From Myxococcota bacterium (lineage in GTDB: Bacteria; Myxococcota_A; UBA9160; PR03): a DNA stretch of 64,000 nucleotides. Position numbers and translations under genes: made by a program. Below, piece after piece: positions 17,277-26,854 of this stretch; position 1 is the first letter of the stretch, and each line of letters begins with the position of its first letter. The stretch spans positions 1-64,000 of the forward strand of contig JBFIML010000023.1 in assembly GCA_041611735.1 (NCBI GenBank), read 5' to 3'. Under the pieces are notes generated by a model that did no database searches, was not told the DNA's origin, and saw only the letters and a list, made by a program, of their open reading frames with translations.

Positions 17277-19733
17277 ATGGCAGGAGAACGCGTACCGATT
17301 CAGGACTTCGAGAAGCTCGGGGCGTTCTATCTGGGGCGCCGGTACGACCCGGAGCGGGGCGAAGCGGGTGAGGAGCCCCTGCTCTACGACGCCAAGGACC
17401 TCACCACCCATGCCGTCTGCGTGGGGATGACCGGCAGCGGCAAGACCGGCCTGTGCGTGACCCTCCTCGAGGAGGCCGCCATCGACGGCATCCCCGCGCT
17501 CGCCATCGACCCGAAGGGAGACCTCGGCAACCTGCTGCTCAGCTTCCCTAAGCTGCGCCCGGAGGACTTCGCGCCCTGGATCGATCCGGAGGAGGCCACG
17601 CGCAAGGGACGCACCCCCGAAGAGCAGGCCCGGGCGGTGGCCGAGCTGTGGCGCAAGGGCCTCGCCGATTGGGGACAGGACGGAAGTCGCATCGGACGCT
17701 TCCGGGAGGCGGCGGACGTCGCCATCTATACCCCGGGCAGCAGCGCCGGCCTTTCGCTCTCGGTGCTCGGGTCCTTCGGCGCGCCGCCTCCCGCCGTGGC
17801 CGATGACCCCGACGTCCTTCGCGAGCGCATCCTGGCCGCCGTATCCGGGCTGCTCGCCCTCCTGGGGATCCAGGCCGACCCGATCCGCAGCCGCGAGCAC
17901 ATCCTGCTCTCGAGCCTTCTGGACCGGGCCTGGCGGGAGGGGCGCGACCTCGATCTGGCGGGCCTGATCCGGGGCATCCAGGAGCCCCCGTTCCAGCGCG
18001 TGGGAGTCTTCGACCTGGACTCCTTCTACCCCGCCGGAGATCGCTTCCAGCTCGCCATGACGCTGAACAACCTGCTGGCGTCGCCGGGCTTCGCGGCCTG
18101 GACCGAGGGCGAGCCGCTCGACGTGGGACGGCTTCTGTACACCCCCGACGGGCGACCCCGACTCTCCGTGCTCTCGATCGCGCACCTGTCGGAGTCCGAG
18201 CGCATGTTCTTCGTGACGCTGCTGCTTACCGAGGTGGTGGCGTGGATGCGGGCCCAGCCGGGCACCAACAGCCTGCGGGCGCTGCTCTACATGGACGAGG
18301 TCTTCGGCTACTTCCCGCCCACCGCGAACCCGCCGTCGAAGACGCCGATGCTGACCCTGCTCAAGCAGGCCCGGGCGTACGGCCTCGGCGTGGTGCTCGC
18401 CACCCAGAACCCCGTGGACCTGGACTACAAGGGGCTCTCGAACGCCGGCACCTGGTTCCTCGGCAGGCTCCAGACCGAGCGGGACAAGGCCCGGGTGATC
18501 GAGGGGCTCGAGGGGGCTTCCGCCGCCGCCGGGTCCCGCTTCGACCGGGCGCGCATGGAGCGCACCCTGGCGGGCCTGGGGAGCCGCGTCTTCCTCATGA
18601 ACAACGTGCACGAGGACGAGCCCGTGCTGTTCCACACGCGCTGGGCGCTCTCGTACCTGCGCGGCCCCCTGACCCGCGACCAGATCGCGCAGCTCATGGA
18701 GGCGCGCAAGCAGGCGACGCCGGCGGCTGCCCAGGAAGCGCGGCCCGCGCCGCGGCCTGCGACCCCCGCGCCCGTCGAGCCGGAGGCCGGCGCCGAGCGG
18801 CCTCTCCTCCCGCCGGAGATCGAGACGCGCTTCCTGCCGACGCGGGGGGCTCCGCCCGCCCGCGGCCGCCTCGTCTACCGCCCCGCCCTGCTCGGCGTCG
18901 CGACCCTGCACTACGCCAACGCGCGGGCGGACGTGGACTCCTGGGAGACGGTCGGCGCGCTGGCGCCGATCGACGAGTCCCTGCGCGGAGTGCCGTGGAA
19001 GGAGGCTCGGATCCTGGAGGGAGGGGCCCCCGACCTGGAGAAGGAGCCGGAGCCGGATGCGCGCTTCGCCGCGCTGCCCGGCGCTGCCGCGCGCCCGGCC
19101 AGCTACAAGACCTGGGCCAAGCAGCTCGCCAGCCACCTCTACCGGGAGCGGGCGCTCGTGCTGCTGCGATGCAAGGCACTCAAGGAGGTCTCGCGTCCCG
19201 GGGAGGGCGAGGGAGACTTCCGCGTCCGGCTTCGGCAGCGGCTGCACGAGGAGCGGGACCGGGCGGTGGAGAAGCTGCGCAAGCGCTACGCCCCGAAGCT
19301 CGCCCGACTGGCGGATCAGAGCCGACGGGCCGAGGAGCGGATCGGGCGCGAGAAATCCCAGTACGAGCACCAGAAGCTGCAGACGGCCATCTCGGTGGGT
19401 GCCACGGTGCTCGGCGCTCTGTTCGGTCGCAAGCTCGGCAGCGTGGGCCGCGCCACCACGGCGGCCCGGGGCGCCAGCCGGGCCGCTCGCGAGCGCACCG
19501 ACGTGGCCCGCGCCCGGGAGATCGCCGAGGAGACCCGTGGCAAGCTCACGGAGCTCGAAGCGGAGTTCCAGGCGGAGACCGAGCGCCTGCGGACGGAGTT
19601 CGACCCCGAAAACCTCGAATACGACGAGCTGCGGGTGCGTCCGAGGAAGTCCGACCTGAACGTGGGCGGAGTCAGCCTGGTGTGGACACCGTGGCACGCG
19701 GGGGGCGGAGGCGGCGCCGAGCCGGCCGGGTAG
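17277..19733 (+). CDS. HerA/FtsK-superfamily ATPase (DUF87-type) with long C-terminal extension
   Basis: Walker A GMTGSGKT, IDPKGD, Walker B LLYMDEVFG, ATQNPVDLD and RLQTERD; C-terminal coiled coil. Confidence 0.85.
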   Translation: MAGERVPIQDFEKLGAFYLGRRYDPERGEAGEEPLLYDAKDLTTHAVCVGMTGSGKTGLCVTLLEEAAIDGIPALAIDPKGDLGNLLLSFPKLRPEDFAPWIDPEEATRKGRTPEEQARAVAELWRKGLADWGQDGSRIGRFREAADVAIYTPGSSAGLSLSVLGSFGAPPPAVADDPDVLRERILAAVSGLLALLGIQADPIRSREHILLSSLLDRAWREGRDLDLAGLIRGIQEPPFQRVGVFDLDSFYPAGDRFQLAMTLNNLLASPGFAAWTEGEPLDVGRLLYTPDGRPRLSVLSIAHLSESERMFFVTLLLTEVVAWMRAQPGTNSLRALLYMDEVFGYFPPTANPPSKTPMLTLLKQARAYGLGVVLATQNPVDLDYKGLSNAGTWFLGRLQTERDKARVIEGLEGASAAAGSRFDRARMERTLAGLGSRVFLMNNVHEDEPVLFHTRWALSYLRGPLTRDQIAQLMEARKQATPAAAQEARPAPRPATPAPVEPEAGAERPLLPPEIETRFLPTRGAPPARGRLVYRPALLGVATLHYANARADVDSWETVGALAPIDESLRGVPWKEARILEGGAPDLEKEPEPDARFAALPGAAARPASYKTWAKQLASHLYRERALVLLRCKALKEVSRPGEGEGDFRVRLRQRLHEERDRAVEKLRKRYAPKLARLADQSRRAEERIGREKSQYEHQKLQTAISVGATVLGALFGRKLGSVGRATTAARGASRAARERTDVARAREIAEETRGKLTELEAEFQAETERLRTEFDPENLEYDELRVRPRKSDLNVGGVSLVWTPWHAGGGGGAEPAG

Positions 19734-19889
19734 GCGATCGCGGCTTCCCTAGTTTCCAGGTCGGTCAGGGGCGATTCAGCCCCACCGAAGAAGAGGGACG
19801 CGTGGCCCGGGCGCTTCCTCCTGCGATCCGGGCGACGGCGCGTCGGGATCGCCGCCCGTCCCCACGATCCCGACGAGCGAGGGGTTGAC

Positions 19890-20300
19890 ATGGGAAGCCT
19901 GAAGATCGAACAGGTGGAAGGCATCGGTCCCGTCTACGGGGAGAAGCTGCGCAACATCGGCATCCCCAACACGAGTGTGCTGCTCGACAGGGGCTGCACG
20001 CGCAGGGGCCGTCAGGAGATCGCCCAGAAGTGCGGCCTGCCCGAAGCCAAGGTGCTCGACTGGGTCAACATGGCGGACTTGTTCCGCATCAAGGGAGTCG
20101 GCGCTGAGTATGCGGAGCTGCTCGAGGGAGCCGGCGTCGACACGGTGAAGGAGCTGCGCAACCGAAACGCCGAGAGCCTGGCCGCCAGGCTGGCGGAGCT
20201 GAACCAGCAGAAGAAGCTCACTCGCCGCGTCCCGAGCGCGCAGGTGGTGAAGGGTTGGGTGGAGCAGGCGAAGACGATACCGGCCAGGATCGAGTACTAG
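19890..20300 (+). CDS. DUF4332-domain protein (helix-hairpin-helix)
   Basis: IEQVEGIGPVY, WVNMADLFRIKGVG, LLEGAGVDTVKELRNRN and RRVPS. Confidence 0.88.
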   Translation: MGSLKIEQVEGIGPVYGEKLRNIGIPNTSVLLDRGCTRRGRQEIAQKCGLPEAKVLDWVNMADLFRIKGVGAEYAELLEGAGVDTVKELRNRNAESLAARLAELNQQKKLTRRVPSAQVVKGWVEQAKTIPARIEY

Positions 20301-20373
20301 TTCCGCCCGTCGGCGCCGGTTTCCGGGGGCCAGCGCTTCGTCTTTCGTGAGGGGGGGGAGAAGGAGGTCTTCC

Positions 20374-21858
20374 ATGGACGTCAGCAAGTTGCTCGAATCG
20401 ATGCAGAGCCAGCTCGGCACCACGCTGCCCGCCGTGGGCGGCGCCCTCTTGATCCTGATCCTCGGCTGGTTCGTGGCCCTGGTGTTGCGCGCCGGGATCC
20501 GTCGGGGACTCGGCTTCGCCAAGCTGAACGAGCGCGTTCGAACGGCCACCGGCCAGGCCATGAACCTCGAGGGCGGGATTGCCGCGGGCATCTACTGGCT
20601 GGTGCTGCTCATCGTCTTGATCGCGTTCTTCAACACGCTGAAGCTGGAGCGGGTCTCCGGCTCGCTGCAGGCCCTGGTGGACCAGGTGCTCTCGTACGCG
20701 CCGCGCCTGGTGGGCGGCGCCGTCCTGCTGGTGGTGGCCTGGGTGCTTGCCACGCTCGTGCGGGCGGTGGCCACCCGGGCACTCGGAGCGACCCGCCTCG
20801 ACGAGCGCCTCTCCGCCGAGGCGGGCATGCGGCCCGTGAGCGAGAGCCTGGGCAACGTGCTCTACTGGCTGGTCTTCCTGCTGTTCCTGCCGGCGATCCT
20901 CGGCACGCTCGAGATGGGGGGCTTGCTGGCTCCCGTGCAGGGCATGGTGGACCAGATCCTGGCCATGCTGCCCAACCTATTCGGGGCGGGTGTGATCGGG
21001 CTGGTGGGCTGGTTCGTCGCACGCATCCTGCGGGATCTGGTGGCGAACCTGCTGGCGGCGGCGGGTGCGGACCGCGTCGGAGAGCGCGCCGGCCTGCGCG
21101 GCACAATGACCCTGTCCCGGCTGGCGGGCCTCGTGATCTACATCTTCGTGTTCGTTCCCGCGTTGATCGCGGCCCTGAACACGCTCAAGATCGAGGCGAT
21201 CTCGGCGCCGGCCACGGAGATGCTGGGGGCGTTCCTGGCGGCCATCCCGAACATCTTCGGAGCCGCCATCATCCTCGCCGTGGCCTGGTTCGTGGCCGGC
21301 TTCCTGGCCACCCTGGTGACCGGCCTGCTCGGCGGCATGGGCTTCGACACGGTTCCGGCCCGCATCGGGCTGGCCCGGGCCTTCGAAGGCGGCACCACCC
21401 CCTCCAGCCTGGTCGGCAAGATCGTGCTCTTCTTCATCATGCTCTTCGCCACCGTCGAGGCCGCGAACCGGCTCGGCTTCGCCCAGGTTTCGGAGCTCGT
21501 GTCCATGCTGATCGCCTTCGGCGGAAACGTGCTGCTCGGCGTCGTGATCATCGCCGTCGGCTTCTGGCTCTCGAACCTCGCCACCCAGGCCGTGCGCCGG
21601 GTGAGCGGACCCCAGGCCGGAGCGCTCGCCAGCGTGGTGCGCTTCGCCATCCTGGGCATCGTCGTGGCCATGGGACTGCGCGCCATGGGCCTGGCGGACG
21701 ACATCGTGAACCTGGCCTTCGGGCTGACCCTCGGCGCGGTGGCGGTGGCCGTGGCGCTCTCCTTCGGGTTGGGCGGCCGCGAGGCGGCGGGCAAGCAGAT
21801 GGAGCACTGGCTGGCCCGTATGCGCGGCGAGGAGAAGCGCAGCGGACGCGCCTCGTGA
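20374..21858 (+). CDS. Multi-pass membrane protein with repeated TM-helix units (CmpX / MscS N-terminal-like)
   Basis: Repeated units such as LPAVGGALLILILGWFVA and LPNLFGAGVIGLVGWFVA; ends ALSFGLGGREAA. Confidence 0.8.
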   Translation: MDVSKLLESMQSQLGTTLPAVGGALLILILGWFVALVLRAGIRRGLGFAKLNERVRTATGQAMNLEGGIAAGIYWLVLLIVLIAFFNTLKLERVSGSLQALVDQVLSYAPRLVGGAVLLVVAWVLATLVRAVATRALGATRLDERLSAEAGMRPVSESLGNVLYWLVFLLFLPAILGTLEMGGLLAPVQGMVDQILAMLPNLFGAGVIGLVGWFVARILRDLVANLLAAAGADRVGERAGLRGTMTLSRLAGLVIYIFVFVPALIAALNTLKIEAISAPATEMLGAFLAAIPNIFGAAIILAVAWFVAGFLATLVTGLLGGMGFDTVPARIGLARAFEGGTTPSSLVGKIVLFFIMLFATVEAANRLGFAQVSELVSMLIAFGGNVLLGVVIIAVGFWLSNLATQAVRRVSGPQAGALASVVRFAILGIVVAMGLRAMGLADDIVNLAFGLTLGAVAVAVALSFGLGGREAAGKQMEHWLARMRGEEKRSGRAS

Positions 21859-21863
21859 GGCCG

Positions 21864-22601
21864 TCAGTCGCGTAGCTGCTCGGCCAGCTCGACGATCGAG
21901 CGCACCCGGGCGTGAGGCCGAGGAGGCGGAACGGGCGTCGTCCCGGCACCCTCCGGGTCGATCCAGACTGCGTGCAGGCCCGCGTGCAGGGCGCCGAGTA
22001 CGTCCGCCTCGTAGTTGTCGCCCGCCATGCAGCTCGTGGGGGGCTCGCCGCCCAGCTGCCCGAGCGCGTGGGCAAAGACCTGCGCCTCGGGCTTGCCGGC
22101 CCCGAACTCTCCCTCGATCACGATTGCGTCGAAGTGGCGCGCCAGGTCGAAGCGGTCGATCTTGGCGCGCTGGGTCACCGCGGCGCCGTTGGTGACCAGG
22201 CCGAGCCGCGGGACGAGCCGCCTGAGGCGCGCGAGCGCCTCGAAGGCGCCCGCAATGGGCTCGAGGGTCGCGTCGCGCAGCTCCGTGTAGAGCCGCTCGG
22301 CTTCGACGACGAGCCGGGGATCCGGGCGGCCCAGACTCCCGAGCACGTGGCCGAGGATCGTGCGCCGTGCCCACGGCAGGTCCAGGCGCCCGCCGCGGTG
22401 TCGCTCGGGATCGTCCCAGAACCAGCGCGTGCTGGAGAGGATCTGCTGGCGAACGTCTTCCGGGGTGAAGGCGGGCTCCCGCGCAACGATCAGCTCTGCC
22501 ACCCGGCTCCAGGCCTTGCGGAGCCCGGAGCGGTTGTCGAGCAAGGTGTCGTCCAGGTCGAGGAGGAGGACCTGGATCTCGTGGTCCCGGAAGCGCACCA
22601 T
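21864..22601 (-). CDS. HAD-superfamily hydrolase
   Basis: DLDDTL, VTNG, KP and GDNYEADV motifs. Confidence 0.9.
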   Translation of the reverse strand: MVRFRDHEIQVLLLDLDDTLLDNRSGLRKAWSRVAELIVAREPAFTPEDVRQQILSSTRWFWDDPERHRGGRLDLPWARRTILGHVLGSLGRPDPRLVVEAERLYTELRDATLEPIAGAFEALARLRRLVPRLGLVTNGAAVTQRAKIDRFDLARHFDAIVIEGEFGAGKPEAQVFAHALGQLGGEPPTSCMAGDNYEADVLGALHAGLHAVWIDPEGAGTTPVPPPRPHARVRSIVELAEQLRD

Positions 22602-22704
22602 CCTGCCAAGCTAGCGATCTCCGGCGGCGAGCGCCGGGCTCCTCGGGAGCCGCTTCGGTACGGTTGGGAACGGCGCGAACCGCCCGCGCCGACGGAGGCG
22701 GGCG

Positions 22705-24243
22705 TTGAGTCCCCACGAGATCCGCGAAGATCTTCCTCACCTGGTGCTGCTGCGCCTGTCGGGCGAGCTCGCCACCAAGGCCAGGGCGACGCGCGCCCGC
22801 TTCGAGACCCGGCTGCTGCGCAATCTCCGCGATGCGTTGGCGAGTGCCGGGATCGAGGCCCAGGTGCGCCGCACCCGCAGCCGCCTCTTCGTCTCCACGG
22901 CCACCCCGGCGGCCCTGGAGGTGCTGGCGCGTGTGGCCGGGGTGCAGTCCCTCTCGGCGGCGGTGGCGCGGCCCGGAGGCACGCTCGACCAGGTGGTGGA
23001 GGCGGGTGCGGAGCTGTTCGGGGAGGTGGTCGAGGGACGCCGCTTCGCGGTCCGCGCGCGGCGGGTCGGCGAGCGGCACGAGATCCCGCTGCGGGCTCGC
23101 GACGTGGAGCGGGCCCTCGGCGCGCGGCTGCTCCCCATGGCGGCGGCCGTGGATCTCGACGGCCCCGAGGTGACGGTCCGCGTGGAGCTGTTCGGTACCA
23201 GCGCCTACTTCTTCAGCGAGGTGCGGCGCGGGCCGGGCGGGCTTCCGGTGGGCGTCGAGGGGCGCGCCGTGGCTCTCGTCTCGGGTGGCTTCGACTCCGC
23301 GGTAGCGGCCTGGCAGATGTTGCGGCGCGGCGTCGCCCTGGACTACGTCTTCTGCAATCTGGGCGGCGCCACCCACCAGCTCGGTGTGCTGCGGGTGCTC
23401 AAGGTGCTGGCTGACGGCTGGTCCCACGGCACGCAGCCGCGCCTGTACAGCGTGTCCTTCGAAGGCGTCGCCGAGGATCTGCGCGCCGGCACGGAGGCCC
23501 GCTACTGGCAGGTGCTGCTCAAGCGGCTCATGCTGCGGGCGGCGACCCGGGTGGCGGGCGAGCGGAACGCCGCCGCCATCGTGACCGGCGAGGCGTTGGG
23601 CCAGGTTTCGTCCCAGACGCTCCAGAACCTGGCGGTGATCTCGGAGACGACAGCGCTGCCGATCCTGCGCCCGCTCGTCGGATTGAACAAGGAGGATATC
23701 ATCGAACAGGCGCGGCACGTGGGAACCGCCGAGCTCTCGGCAGTGGTGAGCGAATACTGCGCCATGGTGGCGCGGCGCCCGGCCACCTCGGCCACCCTCG
23801 CGGCGGTCCTCGCGGAGGAGGCCAAGCTCGACCCGGCCCGTCTGGAACGGGCGCTCGCCGAGCGTGTCGTCTTCGACCTACGCGCGCTCGACCCGGAGGC
23901 CCAGGGCATCCCGGAGCTCGAGATCCGGGAGATCCCCGCCGGCGCCGTCGTGATCGACCTGCGCTCGAGCGAAGCCTTTCGCGCCTGGCACCCCCCGGAT
24001 GCCGTGCAGCTCGACTTCGCCCACGCGCTCCAGGCCTTCCGGTCCTTCGCCCGGGACCGCACCTACGTCGTCTGCTGCGAGTTCGGCTTGAAGAGCGCCC
24101 ACCTGGCGGAATCGATGCGGCGCGAGGGGCTGCAAGCCTTCCACGTCCCGGGTGGCGTGAAGACGCTACGGCACGGAGAGCGCAAGCCCAACGGGCAGGT
24201 CGAGCGGGCGCACCACGAAACTGCAAGGAGGCACGATGGGTGA
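22705..24243 (+). CDS. thiI: tRNA 4-thiouridine synthase (THUMP, PP-loop and rhodanese domains)
   Basis: SGELATK, GPGGLPVG, SGGFDS, TGEALGQVSSQTLQNL, LRPL and EYC; C-terminal rhodanese CCEFGLKS. Confidence 0.9.
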   Translation: MSPHEIREDLPHLVLLRLSGELATKARATRARFETRLLRNLRDALASAGIEAQVRRTRSRLFVSTATPAALEVLARVAGVQSLSAAVARPGGTLDQVVEAGAELFGEVVEGRRFAVRARRVGERHEIPLRARDVERALGARLLPMAAAVDLDGPEVTVRVELFGTSAYFFSEVRRGPGGLPVGVEGRAVALVSGGFDSAVAAWQMLRRGVALDYVFCNLGGATHQLGVLRVLKVLADGWSHGTQPRLYSVSFEGVAEDLRAGTEARYWQVLLKRLMLRAATRVAGERNAAAIVTGEALGQVSSQTLQNLAVISETTALPILRPLVGLNKEDIIEQARHVGTAELSAVVSEYCAMVARRPATSATLAAVLAEEAKLDPARLERALAERVVFDLRALDPEAQGIPELEIREIPAGAVVIDLRSSEAFRAWHPPDAVQLDFAHALQAFRSFARDRTYVVCCEFGLKSAHLAESMRREGLQAFHVPGGVKTLRHGERKPNGQVERAHHETARRHDG

Positions 24244-24883
24244 ACAATACGACTTCAGCATGCCGTTGGCCGAGGCCATGGAGACGCAGCGCGCGATCCG
24301 CCGCCTGAGGCCGGATCCCGTGGACGACGCGCTGGTCCTGCGCCTGATCGAGCTGGCCCTGAAGGCGCCCACGGGCTCGAACGCCCAGAACTGGGAGTTC
24401 GTGGTGGTGAAGGATCCCCAGGTGAAGGCCCGCCTCGCTCGTCGCAATCGCCAGGCGTGGAGCCTGTATGGCGGGCTCGGACGGCGCCTAGTCCGGAACG
24501 ACCCCAGGATGCAGAAGATCCTGAGAGCGGTGCAGTGGCAGGCGGATCACTTCGAGGAGGTGCCCGTGATCGTCGTCGCCTGCCTGAAGGGTCTGCGACT
24601 GCCCTTTCCACCTCTCTTTGCCACGAGCTACTACGGTTCGATCTATCCTTCCGTACAGAACCTGCTGCTGGCGGCACGGGCCGTGAACCTGGGAGCCGCA
24701 CTCATCACGCTCCCGCTGTGGAGCCATTTCTCGGTTCGGCGCATTCTCGGCCTGCCCTGGAACGTGACACCGTGTGCGGTGCTGCCCCTCGGCTGGCCCC
24801 GGGGTCGCTATGGACCCACGACGCGCAGGCCTGTCCGGGAGGTGGTCTCCTTCGACCGCTACGGGAACCGCCCGGCGGCCTGA
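24236..24883 (+). CDS. Nitroreductase family protein
   Basis: TQRAIRR, APTGSNAQNWEFVVV, QNLLLAARA and LGWP. Confidence 0.9.
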   Translation: MGEQYDFSMPLAEAMETQRAIRRLRPDPVDDALVLRLIELALKAPTGSNAQNWEFVVVKDPQVKARLARRNRQAWSLYGGLGRRLVRNDPRMQKILRAVQWQADHFEEVPVIVVACLKGLRLPFPPLFATSYYGSIYPSVQNLLLAARAVNLGAALITLPLWSHFSVRRILGLPWNVTPCAVLPLGWPRGRYGPTTRRPVREVVSFDRYGNRPAA

Positions 24884-24908
24884 GCAGGCAACGTCCGCCG
24901 CGGCGGTC

Positions 24909-26384
24909 TCAGTGGGCGCGCCGGACGGAGTTCCTCATGATGCGTCGGGCCACGGCCACCGATAGCGTGTCGACCAGCCGGCCGTCGTAGTGGTCACGAG
25001 CCCGCGCAATCGCCGCGTCGAGGTCCTCGCGCAGGTAGAGCCGCCCTGCGGCGACCACCGCGGCGAGGCTCTCGAGGGCAGCCAGATCCCGGGTCGGGTC
25101 CTCGCGGAAGACCAGCAGATCGGCGGGCGCGCCCGCGGTCACGCGGCCGAGTCCCGGCACGCCGAGCTCCTGGCCCGCCCGCCACGTCGCATGGGCCAAG
25201 ACCTCCTGCGGCGGGATCCCCGCCTCGGCGAACAGCCGCATCTCGATCCAGGCCGCCGCGCCGGGGACCACGAAGGGCTGCTGCGTATCGGTGCCGATGA
25301 AGAGCCGCGCCCCGGCGTCGTGGAGCTTCCTGACCAGGCGGAGCTTCTTGGTGCGCGAGTCCCGGATCGTGGCGAGATCCGCCTCGCTCAGGTCGCGGTA
25401 GAAGGGGATGCCCTGGCTCGGGTGCCAGGCGACGTCGCGATACAGGCGCGGTAGGAGGTTCACCGTCGGGTCGCGCCGCGCGGCCTCGTAGTGCTCGTAA
25501 TGCCGGAGCTGGTGGGTGGAGACGAGCGTCGGGGTGTGCGCCAGATCCTGGGCCCGCGTCGCCTCGACCACCTCGTCCAGCCGCTCTTCGTCCACCTTCC
25601 GCCAGTCCACGATGCGGAAGACCACGTGGTCGCCGCGCTCGATGTCCTCGGGCCGCGCGACGCCCATCAGGTGCTGGGTGTCTGGAACGAGCGCTTCCTC
25701 GAAGGTGAGGCCGTAGGGCACGTGCCCCATCGCCGGGAGCCCCGCGGAGCGGGCCGCGCGCACCAGGGCGCGGAGGTGCGGCAGGTCGAGCCCATCGTAG
25801 ACCTTGATGCAGCGCGACCCCGACGCGACCAGTCGGGCCACCACCTCGGGGGCCTGCGCGGGCGACGTCACCACCACCGAGTTCGCCCAGCGCGGGTTGG
25901 AACCCCCGACGAAGGGCCCGCACGGGACGACCCGGGGACCCGCCCGGCCCTCCTCCTCGAACGCGCGCCGCGCGGCCGCCACCGTGGTGCCGTCCATGTC
26001 GCCCGCCTCTCGGATCGTGGTGACTCCGTGGGCGATCCACAGCAGGCCGAAGGTCGCAGTCAGGCCGAGCGGGCTTCGAGCGGGAAGGTGGGTGTGCATG
26101 TCGACGATGCCGGGAAGCACCGTGTGGCCGGCGAAGCGTTCCCACACCCGGCCTGCCGGCGGGAGCCGCCCGTCATCGATCGAGGCGACCACGCCGTCGC
26201 GCACGCGCACGGTACGGCCGCTCATGCGCTCCTGCGCCGGGATGACCACCTCGACCCCCGGGAGGGTGAACTCCACGGCGGCCGGCGCCGGCCCCGGGGG
26301 CAGGCGCAGCTCGAAGGCCACGAAGGCCCCAAAGACGAGCGCGACGAGCAGGAGGCCCGCACTCCAGCGCGTGAAGCGCCCCAT
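24909..26384 (-). CDS. Amidohydrolase family protein with N-terminal membrane anchor
   Basis: PGIVDMHTH, GVTTIRE, IKVY, GTD and GAPADLL motifs. Confidence 0.85.
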   Translation of the reverse strand: MGRFTRWSAGLLLVALVFGAFVAFELRLPPGPAPAAVEFTLPGVEVVIPAQERMSGRTVRVRDGVVASIDDGRLPPAGRVWERFAGHTVLPGIVDMHTHLPARSPLGLTATFGLLWIAHGVTTIREAGDMDGTTVAAARRAFEEEGRAGPRVVPCGPFVGGSNPRWANSVVVTSPAQAPEVVARLVASGSRCIKVYDGLDLPHLRALVRAARSAGLPAMGHVPYGLTFEEALVPDTQHLMGVARPEDIERGDHVVFRIVDWRKVDEERLDEVVEATRAQDLAHTPTLVSTHQLRHYEHYEAARRDPTVNLLPRLYRDVAWHPSQGIPFYRDLSEADLATIRDSRTKKLRLVRKLHDAGARLFIGTDTQQPFVVPGAAAWIEMRLFAEAGIPPQEVLAHATWRAGQELGVPGLGRVTAGAPADLLVFREDPTRDLAALESLAAVVAAGRLYLREDLDAAIARARDHYDGRLVDTLSVAVARRIMRNSVRRAH

Positions 26385-26387
26385 GCC

Positions 26388-26807
26388 TCACGCCTCCCCA
26401 CCGACCGGAACGATCTGCACTGCCACGCGACGCCGCGGCCGGGGGCCATCGAACTCCACCAGCATGATCCCCTGCCAACGGCCGAGCAGCAGATCGCCGT
26501 CCTCGATGGGGATCGCCTCCGAAGGCCCGAGGATCGACGCCTTGATGTGCGCCTGCGCATTGTCGTCCACGCGGTCGTGGAGCCAGCCGGCGTGGTCGGG
26601 GATGGCCCGGTCCAGGGCCGTGATGAGGTCCACGCCGATGTTCGGATCATCGTTCTCGTTGACGACGATGGCCGCCGTGGCGTGGAGCACCATCACGTGG
26701 CACAGGCCGCGCCGCACGCCCGAGCGCCGCACCACGTCCTCCACCTGGTGCGTGATGTCGATGCACTGCTTGGCCTCGGTGGTCTTGACTTCGAAGATCT
26801 CGGCCAT
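26388..26807 (-). CDS. yjbQ: YjbQ/UPF0047 family protein
   Basis: HATAAIVVNEN.DP, NAQAHIKA and LGRWQGIMLVEFDGPR. Confidence 0.9.
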   Translation of the reverse strand: MAEIFEVKTTEAKQCIDITHQVEDVVRRSGVRRGLCHVMVLHATAAIVVNENDDPNIGVDLITALDRAIPDHAGWLHDRVDDNAQAHIKASILGPSEAIPIEDGDLLLGRWQGIMLVEFDGPRPRRRVAVQIVPVGGEA

Positions 26808-26854
26808 GGGGGCCTCCGCGAAGCAACGGAGCCCCAGTATGCCCCGTGCCGGCC

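Noticed and set aside
17277-19733. HerA ATPase as a known anti-phage system or conjugative coupling protein
   Set aside because: No Sir2, nuclease, relaxase or type IV secretion gene is adjacent
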